Below are positions 52,147-61,974 of a stretch of DNA of 64,000 bases, piece by piece. Where the stretch lies: assembly GCA_029261035.1 (NCBI GenBank), contig JAJDCD010000008.1, forward strand, positions 98,313 to 162,312, written 5' to 3'. The notes beneath the pieces were generated by a model. That model did no database searches and was not told where the DNA came from. It saw only the letters and a program-made list of their open reading frames with translations. Source of the DNA: Candidatus Omnitrophota bacterium. GTDB taxonomy: Bacteria; Omnitrophota; Omnitrophia; Omnitrophales; JACROU01. The translations under genes were made by a program, and so were the position numbers. Within the stretch, counting starts at the first letter, position 1. Every line of letters starts with the position of its first letter.

Positions 52147-52816
52147 GGCTCGTGAAATTTATTTTAATTAAATCGGATTGAAAATTAATTGAAGGACTAA
52201 ACCAATTACCATTAAGCGAAAAACTTATTTGTTTTTTTGTACTCAAATTGTCATTAAACAAGTTTTCTGAGATGAAATTAGGTAAAACTTTAAGGAAATC
52301 ATCTTGCACAAAAAGAGAGAAATAAAGATCAAGGTTTTTCTTTTGCTGCATGCTCCCAGCTAGAAAAATATCACCCATATCTCCAGACAATCTCAAATAT
52401 TTAAAATTAATTTTTTTATCTGGAGAAAATAAGACTGTTGTGTCCAGATCATCAAATTGGAGTTGTTCTAAATCTACAGGGCTATTATTAAATATCGACT
52501 TTGCTTCTAAAAGAATATTACGAGCATATATGCTCAAACTAATCTGACCTGCTAATAATTCTAATACATTATACTGAACAGAGGCTTTACCTACATTAAT
52601 TTCAGTAAATCCTTCTTTTTTAATTGTCAGTTGATCAAATGTGACTTTTGTAAAACTAGAGTTTTCTTTTTTTAGATAGGAAATAGATATCTCACCTTTT
52701 TGTTCTAAAAGAAAAACTAGCAGTGAACTTGTAGCATAAGGAAGAAGGTAACAAAAACTCCATAACAAAACTAAACTAAAAAGACTTATTGTAAAACATC
52801 TTCTAATATTAATCAT
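52136..52816 (-). CDS. Membrane-anchored periplasmic hypothetical protein (226 aa)
   Basis: N-terminal TM. No family recognised. Sits where tolB would be expected but is far too short. Confidence 0.35.
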   Translation of the reverse strand: MINIRRCFTISLFSLVLLWSFCYLLPYATSSLLVFLLEQKGEISISYLKKENSSFTKVTFDQLTIKKEGFTEINVGKASVQYNVLELLAGQISLSIYARNILLEAKSIFNNSPVDLEQLQFDDLDTTVLFSPDKKINFKYLRLSGDMGDIFLAGSMQQKKNLDLYFSLFVQDDFLKVLPNFISENLFNDNLSTKKQISFSLNGNWFSPSINFQSDLIKINFTSHAA

Positions 52817-52865
52817 GTGGAGGTTCTATTACCTTCCTTTCTTATGAATCGGAATGGTCTTAAAT

Positions 52866-53519
52866 CTAGGAATCTATTGTTCTTGGAGAAATTAGAATTT
52901 CCACCCTTCTATTTTTCGCCTTATTTTCACGTGAATCATTAGCTACAACAGGACTAAACTCCCCGTAGCCAGCAACAACAAACTGCTTCGGATTCAATTT
53001 TACTGAACCTAAAAAGTAATGAACCACTTCTAATGCTCGAGCTGTTGAAAGCTCAAAGTTCGATTTGAACCCAGAGTAACGAATAGGGTCGGCGTCCGTA
53101 TGCCCTTCAACAAACACCCTATTTTCAGGAGTAAGTTCTGAAATCACAGTAGCAACTTCATTTAAAGATCCTAAAGCCGAAGATTTTAATGTTGCCTTGC
53201 CAGAATCAAATAAAATTTGATCCAACAATGTAACAACCAAGCCACGAGCACCTAACTTAACAGAAAAATCATTAGCACTCAGCTGCTCTTTCAATTTTGC
53301 TTCTAACTCATCTCTTACTTGCTGTAAATCAACTTCCGATTTACGAACATCGTCCACTTCTTGATTTAATAATGAAATTTCATTAAGTAATCGTTGAATC
53401 ATATCCGCTTGCTGCTTATTTACATTCTCAAGTTCTTTAGTGCTTGCACAACCCGTCACAAGAGAAGAAAACAATAAAACTGAAAATAAAAACAAAATAG
53501 TCTTTTTCATAAAAAACAC
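52866..53519 (-). CDS. OmpA-family peptidoglycan-binding lipoprotein (Pal-like)
   Basis: Lipobox LVTGCAS. N-terminal coiled coil. C-terminal OmpA-like domain with NRRVEI. Confidence 0.75.
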   Translation of the reverse strand: MFFMKKTILFLFSVLLFSSLVTGCASTKELENVNKQQADMIQRLLNEISLLNQEVDDVRKSEVDLQQVRDELEAKLKEQLSANDFSVKLGARGLVVTLLDQILFDSGKATLKSSALGSLNEVATVISELTPENRVFVEGHTDADPIRYSGFKSNFELSTARALEVVHYFLGSVKLNPKQFVVAGYGEFSPVVANDSRENKAKNRRVEILISPRTIDS

Positions 53520-53563
53520 CTCTACGTTCTATTAGAAGCACCCTACCAAATGGGAATTTCTAA

Positions 53564-53689
53564 TTAAGTTAAAAATCGAATTAAACACAACAAAGAAATT
53601 ATTGCCATCAAAAAGGATAGTACGAGTAGAAAAATAAAAACCTTTGGCAAATCCACTTTCTCTTCGGGAGCTTTAATTTTAATAGCCAT
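53564..53689 (-). CDS. 41-aa single-TM micro-protein (MAIKIKAPEEKVDLPKVFIFLLVLSFLMAIISLLCLIRFLT)
   Basis: AAGGAG RBS 7 nt upstream, beginning 2 nt after the HD-GYP stop. Amphipathic N-terminus followed by a 23-residue hydrophobic helix. Confidence 0.3.
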   Translation of the reverse strand: MAIKIKAPEEKVDLPKVFIFLLVLSFLMAIISLLCLIRFLT

Positions 53690-53702
53690 TGATTTTCTCC
53701 TT

Positions 53703-55199
53703 TTAAATTGCTCTATCTTCTCGAATTCTTCTTTCCATCACATTCATAAATGCCTCTACAACATCAGGATCAAACTGACTCCCTGCATTTCCTTCAATTT
53801 CTCGAATTGCCTCTGTAGGCATCATCGGCTTCCTATAAGTTCGCTTTGAAATCATTGCTACATAAGAATCAACAACAGCAACAATTCTTGCTCCCATCGG
53901 AATTTCAGACTCTTTCAAACCATCAGGATAACCTTTACCATCATGACGTTCGTGATGATGTAAAATAATGGGTATCAAGGGCCTTAAAGACGGAATCTTT
54001 TTTAGTATCTCAGCGCCTAATTTAGGATGTTTTTTTATTTTATCCAGCTCAGTCCGAGTTAACTCAGACTCTTTTTCTAAAATATCCTTAGGAGTTCCAA
54101 CATGCCCAGCATCTAACAAGTACGTCGCTCTATATACATGCGTCAACTCTTCACTTCTAAGATTTAGTTCTTTCCCTACTTCAAAGGCTAAATCTCCTAG
54201 AAGCTTGTGATGCTTTTGGTTAACATTATAGCCTAAATTCATCAATTCGTTTATTGTTTTAATACTCCCTAGAGTCAATTCTTCACTTTCTTCGTATAAT
54301 TGAGCATTCTTAATGGCTACAACGGCCTGCTCAGACAACGTCTTTAAAATCTCTAAGTCAGCCTCTCCAAAGGAATTATTACTAATTTTATTATGTACGG
54401 AAATAACGCCTACAAGATCATCTTCAAAAAGAGGTACCGCAATACATTTTGAGCTGGAAAAGAATTCACTCGTCGCTCCGACTTTACCCTCAACCCCATG
54501 TCCAATGCGATGCTTAATGTGCTTTTTAGATCCAGAGTCACCCAAAACCACCTTAGGCACCAAATACTTCCCTGTAGAATCTACTAACATTACCGTACAA
54601 CCTTTAGCTTTTAATACTTGGGCACATAGCCTAGCAATTCTCGGCAGCAAATCGTCTAACCTAAGAGATGAGCGTATTACACGATGTAAAGAATGGAGGG
54701 TTGATAAAGCTAAAGCTCTAGGGTGAACGGTTTCATAAACATTATTCAATTCGTAATTTTTATAAGCAAGTTGAACTAAAGTATTTAAATAATTACTAAA
54801 AGCATTAAACAAATCCTTTTTCTTGCTTAAGCGAGGCGCTGCTACTAAAACAACATAACCCTTAACTTGATTTAGATAAGTCAAAGAAAGAGAAACACAA
54901 TTTAAACCCTTTAAAGAAAATTCATACGGATAGTTCTCTTGTATTTTAGCCCTATGTTCTATGACTGTGTCATAAATAGCATCTTTATACTCTTTTTGTT
55001 GTTTACGAGAACCTGTCTTGGAAGGCCAAACTTTTTTACAACATAAAGTTTTCATTTTTTGAACGGGCTCATCTGAAGTCAGAATCAACCACGCACAAAC
55101 GTCTCCAAATAAATGAAGAAACGACTCATACCCTTCTGTCCAATCTTCATTTTCAGAGAAAAACTTTTCTAATACATGTTTTGACTTCTTACTTGTCAT
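53703..55199 (-). CDS. GAF-domain HD-GYP phosphodiesterase (c-di-GMP hydrolase family)
   Basis: HHHERHDGKGYPDGL is the HD-GYP signature. HD region with HDLGK-like motifs. Start preferred at ATG 55199 (AGGAGA RBS) over the listed TTG 55223. Confidence 0.8.
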   Translation of the reverse strand: MTSKKSKHVLEKFFSENEDWTEGYESFLHLFGDVCAWLILTSDEPVQKMKTLCCKKVWPSKTGSRKQQKEYKDAIYDTVIEHRAKIQENYPYEFSLKGLNCVSLSLTYLNQVKGYVVLVAAPRLSKKKDLFNAFSNYLNTLVQLAYKNYELNNVYETVHPRALALSTLHSLHRVIRSSLRLDDLLPRIARLCAQVLKAKGCTVMLVDSTGKYLVPKVVLGDSGSKKHIKHRIGHGVEGKVGATSEFFSSSKCIAVPLFEDDLVGVISVHNKISNNSFGEADLEILKTLSEQAVVAIKNAQLYEESEELTLGSIKTINELMNLGYNVNQKHHKLLGDLAFEVGKELNLRSEELTHVYRATYLLDAGHVGTPKDILEKESELTRTELDKIKKHPKLGAEILKKIPSLRPLIPIILHHHERHDGKGYPDGLKESEIPMGARIVAVVDSYVAMISKRTYRKPMMPTEAIREIEGNAGSQFDPDVVEAFMNVMERRIREDRAI

Positions 55200-55385
55200 G
55201 TGACGGTCTCCTGATGCGGTCAATCAAAATAAGTCAACGCCAATTTTATCATAAAAAACTGAAGTAAGCGGAGCGGGATTTACAGCTAAACGTTAAATAT
55301 GAGACTGAAACAGTAAAAATCAACTCATTATGGCTTAATTTGACCTATTTTCAGATTCCACAAACTCATATCTAAGTATCTAGTT

Positions 55386-56498
55386 CTATACTCTTTCAAA
55401 AGGTTGGAATAGTTTGGAATATTCCTCAAGGGCAAAACGGTCCGTCATCCCTGAAAGGTAGTCACATATAGCACGATGGAGCCCTTCATTTTCAGACCGG
55501 CGTCTTACAAAATCAGGAAGCTGTCCAGGACACTCTTCATATACTCTAAAAATCTCTGCCAACAACCTCTTACCCTTATTTGTCATACGAACAACCCTGT
55601 AATGCTGATACAAATCTTTTTTGAGAAAATCTTGAAGTTCATTCTTTAACACATTAAAACCTTTAGAAAACGCAGCTACAGGTTCTGAAACTTTTTTTAA
55701 ATCCTCTAAACTTTTTATTTTAAAATTTTCTATATTCTTTTGTGTCTGCTCAAGCAAGTCTCCAACCATTCGATTCATCAGCATACGAATAACAAGACGG
55801 TTTCTATGGGATTGACTAATATCAGGATAGATCTTAAAAGTCTCTTTTAAAGACTCATTCCATATAGAGACATTCTCACATTGACCTGGGAGAATCAGTC
55901 CCGATCTAAGACCATCATCTAAATCATGGCAATCATAAGCAATTTCATCGCACAGATCAGATAGATTAGCTTCAAGAAAATAACACTCATCTTCATGTTT
56001 TTGTAAACCCAGCCTAACTTCATATGTTAAATTCAATCCATGAAAATCAGGATAACTATCCTCTAAAACCTCAACCACTCGTAAGCTCTGTTTATTGTGC
56101 TCAAAACCACCGTGATCACGCATCAACTCATAAAGAGCGTCCTCGCCAGCATGGCCAAAAGGGCCGTGCCCTAAATCATGAGCCAAAGCTATCGCTTCGG
56201 TCAAGTCTTCATTAAGTCTTAATGCTCTAGATAAAGTTTTAGCAATTTGGGAAACTTCCAAGGTGTGTGTTAAACGAGTTCTATAATGATCCCCTTCGTG
56301 ATTAACAAAAACTTGTGTTTTGTATTCTAGACGACGAAAAGCAGAGCTATGAATAACACGGTCACGATCCCGCTGAAAAACAGTTCTCAAATCATGCTCA
56401 GGTTCTTTAAATTGACGCCCCTGACTTTCGGAACTTCTCATCGCATAAGGTGCCAATGATTGATTTTCTTTTTCTTCTAAATAGCTTCTAACGCTCAT
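55386..56498 (-). CDS. dgt: dGTP triphosphohydrolase (Dgt-like HD-domain dNTPase)
   Basis: 370 aa. FQRDRDRVIHSSAFRRL, RLTHTLEVSQIAK and HDLGHGPFGH motifs. Confidence 0.8.
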   Translation of the reverse strand: MSVRSYLEEKENQSLAPYAMRSSESQGRQFKEPEHDLRTVFQRDRDRVIHSSAFRRLEYKTQVFVNHEGDHYRTRLTHTLEVSQIAKTLSRALRLNEDLTEAIALAHDLGHGPFGHAGEDALYELMRDHGGFEHNKQSLRVVEVLEDSYPDFHGLNLTYEVRLGLQKHEDECYFLEANLSDLCDEIAYDCHDLDDGLRSGLILPGQCENVSIWNESLKETFKIYPDISQSHRNRLVIRMLMNRMVGDLLEQTQKNIENFKIKSLEDLKKVSEPVAAFSKGFNVLKNELQDFLKKDLYQHYRVVRMTNKGKRLLAEIFRVYEECPGQLPDFVRRRSENEGLHRAICDYLSGMTDRFALEEYSKLFQPFERV

Positions 56499-56532
56499 AC
56501 ATTACCACTTTCATTAAAATATGGATTCATAC

Positions 56533-58161
56533 TTAAATAATAACTTTTGGACGTTCGTAAACATCAAGCAAACGGTTAAGGCTTTTCAAATCCCAAACAC
56601 TAATTTTAGCATTTTTAGCCATTAGAATTGCATTCAAATCAATCCCTCCTAAAGCTACCATAATCTTCCTTGCACCTTTCGTTTTTTCTTCTTTTGTCTC
56701 ATTAAGAAAAAAATGAATGTCATCTTCTTTTATTGGATCATTCGATATTTGGCAAATCCAAGATCCTTTAGCGGCCAGTCCCTTGACAGGAAAAATGCGC
56801 CCATTAGAAGTCTTTGAAACCACTCGATCAAAAGCAGTGCAAATCAACTTACTCGAACCTATTTGCACAACCTCCCCCCTAAACTGAGAAAACAACTCTT
56901 CAACTCGTTGAGGAATATCTTTCTGTTGTTCCTGCAAGAAATGAGCATAGCTTAAATCCAATTGCCTAATAAAATACTGAGTCCTTCTCTCCATATCCGT
57001 CTCAACACCCAAAACTCCTACCATCACAACTTGTTTCAACCAAAATTTCAAGAGTAAATCAGAAATCAAAAAAATACGCCCTTCTTTATGAATCACTTCT
57101 TCATCCAATAAAAGCTGAAGACTCTTTTTTACATCAACCACTTTTCTCCCAAGATATTGAGCTAACCGAGAAATCTTCCTATGCCCTAATGCAATTCCAA
57201 CTAATATTTGTATGGGGTGTATTAAGTTCTTAGCTCTATGAGATAAAGTGTATAGACTCTCAAAATACTGATGTATCCGTCCAGAACTATTAAGAAGCTC
57301 ATCAACACAGGTCTGAAAGAAAATTTCTCTATCAAATATAGTCTTATTCCTTTGCTTTAAAAGCTCACACCCTCTTTCAAGCATAACGGACATATAAAAA
57401 GGATGGGAGTCCGTAAAATGAATTATAAAATTCTCTAAAGTCAAATCAAGTTGAAAAGGATGGATTTTACTCTTAACGTATTTCCTTGCAGAACTATAAT
57501 CCAATGTGGAAATTTCCAAGATTTCAAAATTACCAAAAAGTAAATTCAACTTTTCTCTAAAAACCGCCTTTGTTTTCAAAGGCTTAGAACTAGCAACAAC
57601 ATACATGGTATCTTTATCTACCATAATTTGCTTTCCTAAGGCTCCAAATGGATTTCTCAATGAAAGAGTGTCAATATAATTAAAAGCATCCAATACAAGG
57701 ATAATTTGGCATCCTGTCTCTTCACGGATAATATTAGGTAATTCAAGGACCTTTTTATAAGCCTCTTCTAATTGCTTCTTATTTACTAATTTTAAAGAAG
57801 CCCTCATATAATCAACTGTTTTAGGAACATATTTTTTTGCGGTTTGAATTAAACTAGTTACATCCCAAGGAATATTTTCATCTTTAAGTTTAAGCAAACT
57901 CATTAATGAACTAGCCATAAAGCGCTTAATAAATAACTCCAAAGAACCTTGAGGAACTTCTACAAAAATTGGAATCGTTTCTTTATCACTGGACTCTGAA
58001 ATGAACTGTCTAAGAATAGAGGACTTACCAACAGCAGGAGGACCCACAAGGGCCATGTTTTGACGATACCCTTTTTTAAAAGCAACTAGCCGTTTATTTA
58101 AAAGGGCCAACATATCTTCTCTTACTAAAAAATCAGAGCCCCAAACGGGATCAGTAGCCAT
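56533..58161 (-). CDS. AAA-type ATPase of the archaeal-ATPase/COG1672 type with a C-terminal winged-helix-like extension
   Basis: Walker A GPPAVGKSS, Walker B IILVLDAF. 542 aa. Confidence 0.55.
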   Translation of the reverse strand: MATDPVWGSDFLVREDMLALLNKRLVAFKKGYRQNMALVGPPAVGKSSILRQFISESSDKETIPIFVEVPQGSLELFIKRFMASSLMSLLKLKDENIPWDVTSLIQTAKKYVPKTVDYMRASLKLVNKKQLEEAYKKVLELPNIIREETGCQIILVLDAFNYIDTLSLRNPFGALGKQIMVDKDTMYVVASSKPLKTKAVFREKLNLLFGNFEILEISTLDYSSARKYVKSKIHPFQLDLTLENFIIHFTDSHPFYMSVMLERGCELLKQRNKTIFDREIFFQTCVDELLNSSGRIHQYFESLYTLSHRAKNLIHPIQILVGIALGHRKISRLAQYLGRKVVDVKKSLQLLLDEEVIHKEGRIFLISDLLLKFWLKQVVMVGVLGVETDMERRTQYFIRQLDLSYAHFLQEQQKDIPQRVEELFSQFRGEVVQIGSSKLICTAFDRVVSKTSNGRIFPVKGLAAKGSWICQISNDPIKEDDIHFFLNETKEEKTKGARKIMVALGGIDLNAILMAKNAKISVWDLKSLNRLLDVYERPKVII

Positions 58162-58289
58162 ATAAACTCTTTAACTTTTATGGTTATTTTCTTAAAAACA
58201 TAAAATAACACGGATTTAAAATTATTAAAAAAGGGGTAACTTTATACCAAATTAAGGCAAGATTATCAATCGGAATTTTAATGAAGGAA

Positions 58290-58667
58290 TTAACCTGCAG
58301 AAACAGCTTTTTCAATCATATCGAGCAGAATCTTAGAATCAAAGGGTTTTTCTATAAATCCTTGTATGTTTTCTAATTCAAAGAGATCCCCTATCATCTT
58401 CTTACGCTTTGCTGTCAGTATAATTACGGGTAATTTTGCCGTATTTTCGTTCTTTCTCAGAGTCTTTAAAACAGTCAACCCATCCATACCAGGCATCATA
58501 ACATCCAATATCATTAGATCAGGATTAGACTCTTCAATCTTTTTCAAAGCTTCTTCTCCAGAACCCGCAGTGATCACCTCATACCCATTGGATTCTAAAC
58601 GAATCTGAACCACTTCTCTGATATCCTCTTCATCATCGACAAACAATACTTTTTTGCCAGCACTCAT
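58290..58667 (-). CDS. Stand-alone response regulator receiver domain (CheY-like)
   Basis: 125 aa. The DD (a.a. 11-12), D55 (LMILDVMMPGMDG), T83 and K105 receiver residues are present. Confidence 0.8.
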   Translation of the reverse strand: MSAGKKVLFVDDEEDIREVVQIRLESNGYEVITAGSGEEALKKIEESNPDLMILDVMMPGMDGLTVLKTLRKNENTAKLPVIILTAKRKKMIGDLFELENIQGFIEKPFDSKILLDMIEKAVSAG

Positions 58668-58729
58668 AAGGACTCCCTATTAAATTCAAAAAATGTTATA
58701 TAACTTTATCGGCTATACAACATCGAACA

Positions 58730-60460
58730 TTAACCTTTTAAACGAGTTACAAACATTCTCGACTCATTTATAAGTTTACCTGCTCTAGTTTTTATATGCA
58801 AACGCTCATATAAATAGAATAGAGACAGTATTATTTCCATCGTTACTATAATCCAAAGAGTTCCTGAGTGATACCCCTCAAAATGATAAAAGGATACTAT
58901 TTCAGTTAAAAATTGATGGGTATAAGCCCAATAAAGCGCTACCATTAAAAAAGATATCGAATTAAAAACCAAAAAATCCTCATCTCGAACCCACCCCCAT
59001 TTGCGTGAAGTTATCAACATCTGCAAAGTTAAAAGAACCGAAACACCCAACATTTCTCTAGGTGTCCACAACCAAAACACACCCATAACTTTTGATTGAT
59101 AACAGGCACCAAAAAATACACTCATTAGCAAAAGAAAAAAGCCGAGTTGAATATAAGTCTTTAAAAATAAAAGAATAGTTTTCACGAAATACTGATTTTT
59201 ATTTGATGCCCAAAAATATACTAAAGCAATATGAGATAACACAAAACATAAACTCAGTATTGAAAATCCTGCTAAGAGACTCATCAAATAAGAAAAAAAC
59301 CAATAGGAATGAAAGTGATGAAGATTAAAAGCTTCAATATATGGGTTTAATTTAACAAACTCCATATCAATTAAAAAAAACAAAATAAACCCTATTATAG
59401 AAGCGCTTAAAACGTACAATGTCCTATTAAATGCCTTACGAGTTAATATAATAATTAAAGCAATACTTCCCGGAACCCAAAGCATCAACTCATAGCCGTT
59501 CGTAACAGGAAGAACTCCCCTCAAATACCACCTCCAAGCGAATAAAGACAGTGTTAAAATAAAAAGAAGTGAAAAACCCACTCTACCCAGGGTCAAACAC
59601 CCCTTATTTTTAGTAAGAAGATAAGCGCTAAATACGGCAATTAAAAAAAGATTGAAAATCCAAAATATTCTCAAAAATCGTATCTGATGATAATTTGCAT
59701 TCCATCGACTCTTCACATAAGGAAGTTCAGTATTAGATAAAAGAGCAACATCCTTCTGTAATTGAATAAGCAAATTTGAAAAACGAGAAACAGCCTCCCC
59801 CTCTCCTCTTCTAAAAGACTGTAGTAGCTCTCCAAAAATCATTAAAAATTCATATCGTATATTTTCAGGCAATTCAGGATCTAAAGTATGTCCTGGCAAT
59901 AAATCAGTAATAGATAACCATTCATTTTTGTTTTTTTGAGTAAATGGAACAATGGACATAGATGTATTTTGAGCAATCCCATAAAACAACCTCAATTGCT
60001 CATAAAGATTCAGCACTGCCTTTTCTGATTTATTTAGAACAACACCTTCATCCTGACGCTTTAAAACTTCTTTATAATAATGTTGGTACATCTCGTTATG
60101 AGCAAGCTCCAAAGGTGAAAAGAGTTTTTCTTTAGCACTTGATTGTAATATCTTCTTTAAGGAGTCATTCTGAATAGAAATAATCTTCTTATTTTCATAC
60201 TTTTTAGGTTCAAGAATCCAAGAAACACATTTTTGAACTGCTTCAATAGAAGAAACATGAATCTCACCTTCAATAAAAAACAAAGCCTCCTTTAGGAATA
60301 CAGTTAAAGGTTTTAGCTCTGATCCATCTTGAATAATAATTTTTTTTAGATTTTTAATATCATTTTTTTCAACAAGGGCATATGATTCACTTACGAAAGA
60401 TGTGATGAGAAGCAAATTGAAGAACGTAAGAAAAAAGGATCTCACAAGAATCTTGTTCAA
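58730..60460 (-). CDS. Cytochrome c assembly protein CcsA/ResC-like with a ~230-aa N-terminal periplasmic extension
   Basis: Polytopic. GACYQSKVMGVFWLWTPRE resembles the WGxxWxWDPKE WWD haem-handling motif. Immediately downstream of a ResB-like gene. Confidence 0.4.
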   Translation of the reverse strand: MNKILVRSFFLTFFNLLLITSFVSESYALVEKNDIKNLKKIIIQDGSELKPLTVFLKEALFFIEGEIHVSSIEAVQKCVSWILEPKKYENKKIISIQNDSLKKILQSSAKEKLFSPLELAHNEMYQHYYKEVLKRQDEGVVLNKSEKAVLNLYEQLRLFYGIAQNTSMSIVPFTQKNKNEWLSITDLLPGHTLDPELPENIRYEFLMIFGELLQSFRRGEGEAVSRFSNLLIQLQKDVALLSNTELPYVKSRWNANYHQIRFLRIFWIFNLFLIAVFSAYLLTKNKGCLTLGRVGFSLLFILTLSLFAWRWYLRGVLPVTNGYELMLWVPGSIALIIILTRKAFNRTLYVLSASIIGFILFFLIDMEFVKLNPYIEAFNLHHFHSYWFFSYLMSLLAGFSILSLCFVLSHIALVYFWASNKNQYFVKTILLFLKTYIQLGFFLLLMSVFFGACYQSKVMGVFWLWTPREMLGVSVLLTLQMLITSRKWGWVRDEDFLVFNSISFLMVALYWAYTHQFLTEIVSFYHFEGYHSGTLWIIVTMEIILSLFYLYERLHIKTRAGKLINESRMFVTRLKG

Positions 60461-61947
60461 AGCAAAAACTCTTCTTTTTTTTCAATTTGAATTTCAGTTT
60501 GAGTTGAGCTATTTGATCGCAGGACAAAAGATGTCGTACGTCTCTTTTTGAGATCTCTAGACTCCCAATAAGGCAAGAAATAAACTTGAAGAAAAACACC
60601 TAAGAGGATACAAAATCCTCCCACTAATTTCACATATAACAAAGGGTCTTTCTTAACGGATAAAAACAACTCATTATTTTCTGAAGGAATCAGAGATAAA
60701 TGAAACCCTCTATGCCAAAATGGTAATTGAAATAAACTTTTCTTGCCTGCATCAGTTTGACTCAATTGGATAATAGGAAACAAAACTTCAGATTGTTTTT
60801 CTAAAGTCGCTCCTATTTCAAATGGAAGGTCTTTTTTACGATGAAAATACTCTAATTTAATTTTCTGGCCAAAAACAGAAAGGTTCTTTACTCTATTCAA
60901 TTGAACCCAAACATTTTGCCTCGTCTTACCTTGAGTAAACTCCAAGAGAAGAGCTTCTTCTATTTTCTGTCCAAAAGGCACAAACTCATTTCGTGTAACA
61001 TAATTTTCTTTCACCCTAATATTGTCATTCACATCATCAATTGAAAATTTCACGTCTTTCCACCCCGTCCTATATTCTTTTTCTAAAAAAATAGGCCCAG
61101 ACTGAGTGAACACCCCATCAACCATCAGACGATAAAACAAATTGCCTTCTGGTGAAAATACGATCCACAAAGCATTTGAATGGTTTTGAAACAACTCATC
61201 CTTTCTATCTCTTAAAAAATACGTCAACTCATCCTTGGTTTGAGCTGTAAGTAAATAAATTTTAGCAAAATCTGAAGAAAAAACTTTATCCACCATCCCT
61301 CCAAAAGACACCCAATCATTAAACTCACCTTCAGCACTAAACAAATGGAGCAAAATCCCAGAATCCCCATCATCAACCCCAACAGCAACATTTTTTTCAA
61401 GAACTGCATTTGGAACGATTTTTTTTATTTTAACTTTTAATTTCTCACCTGAATTCAAACGAAGGTTTTCAACTTTATTTAACTTGGAATTTAGAAGAAA
61501 AGTTTGTTCTTCTGAATTAACTTGGACTTTAAGCTCTTTTTCATCTAACAAAACCTCTTTGACAGTCTCCCCGGGTCTAAGGGCAACCCTACCTTCATAC
61601 GCCATGTAATGAGAAGCAAATAAAGCAATGACAATATAAGCAAAACCTAATTGAAAAATCCAATAGCCTGAGGTTCTAAGTGATAAAGGAAATCGAGATC
61701 TTAATAGAATAATACCTTGAAGAAATAAAACAGCTGTTATGATGAGAAACAATGATTTTGGTACAGAAAAGAAACTTGCTGAAATTAACAAAAGACACAA
61801 ACAGCCCCATAAAACAAATGTCGTACCCAAGGAGCATGCCAGGTTTTTGAATAGAAATAGAAAAACTTGATTTAAGTTTATCCGAGGCTTTTTATTCCAC
61901 ATAGAGAATAAATAAGCGTGTAAATTATGATAAATCTTTTTCATCAT
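60457..61947 (-). CDS. ResB/Ccs1-like cytochrome c biogenesis protein (topology-based call)
   Basis: 496 aa. 3 N-terminal TM segments, ~330-aa periplasmic domain, C-terminal TM. 4-nt overlap with the CcsA-like gene. Confidence 0.3.
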   Translation of the reverse strand: MMKKIYHNLHAYLFSMWNKKPRINLNQVFLFLFKNLACSLGTTFVLWGCLCLLLISASFFSVPKSLFLIITAVLFLQGIILLRSRFPLSLRTSGYWIFQLGFAYIVIALFASHYMAYEGRVALRPGETVKEVLLDEKELKVQVNSEEQTFLLNSKLNKVENLRLNSGEKLKVKIKKIVPNAVLEKNVAVGVDDGDSGILLHLFSAEGEFNDWVSFGGMVDKVFSSDFAKIYLLTAQTKDELTYFLRDRKDELFQNHSNALWIVFSPEGNLFYRLMVDGVFTQSGPIFLEKEYRTGWKDVKFSIDDVNDNIRVKENYVTRNEFVPFGQKIEEALLLEFTQGKTRQNVWVQLNRVKNLSVFGQKIKLEYFHRKKDLPFEIGATLEKQSEVLFPIIQLSQTDAGKKSLFQLPFWHRGFHLSLIPSENNELFLSVKKDPLLYVKLVGGFCILLGVFLQVYFLPYWESRDLKKRRTTSFVLRSNSSTQTEIQIEKKEEFLL

Positions 61948-61974
61948 AATAAAATCTCGAAATGAAAAGAATGA

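Noticed and set aside
55200-55223. TTG start for the HD-GYP gene as listed in the ORF track
   Set aside because: An ATG with an AGGAGA Shine-Dalgarno lies 8 codons downstream. The TTG has no RBS.
315-61409. All plus-strand ORFs and short minus-strand ORFs in the six-frame track. Plus-strand: 315..506, 647..829, 843..1088, 1578..1868, 2033..2343, 3580..3801, 5267..5455, 8240..8443, 12267..12890, 18052..18450, 23084..23639, 38980..39288, 44202..44681, 47454..47675, 49244..49564, 52350..52547, 53968..54726, 56024..56215, 58366..58608. Minus-strand: 8251..8490, 18398..18586, 21973..22224, 60387..60599, 61224..61409.
   Set aside because: Each lies entirely inside a well-supported minus-strand gene, on the opposite strand or in another frame. 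Their translations are low-complexity (F/L/S/K-rich), as expected from antisense reading of AT-rich coding DNA. None has an RBS or a conserved motif.
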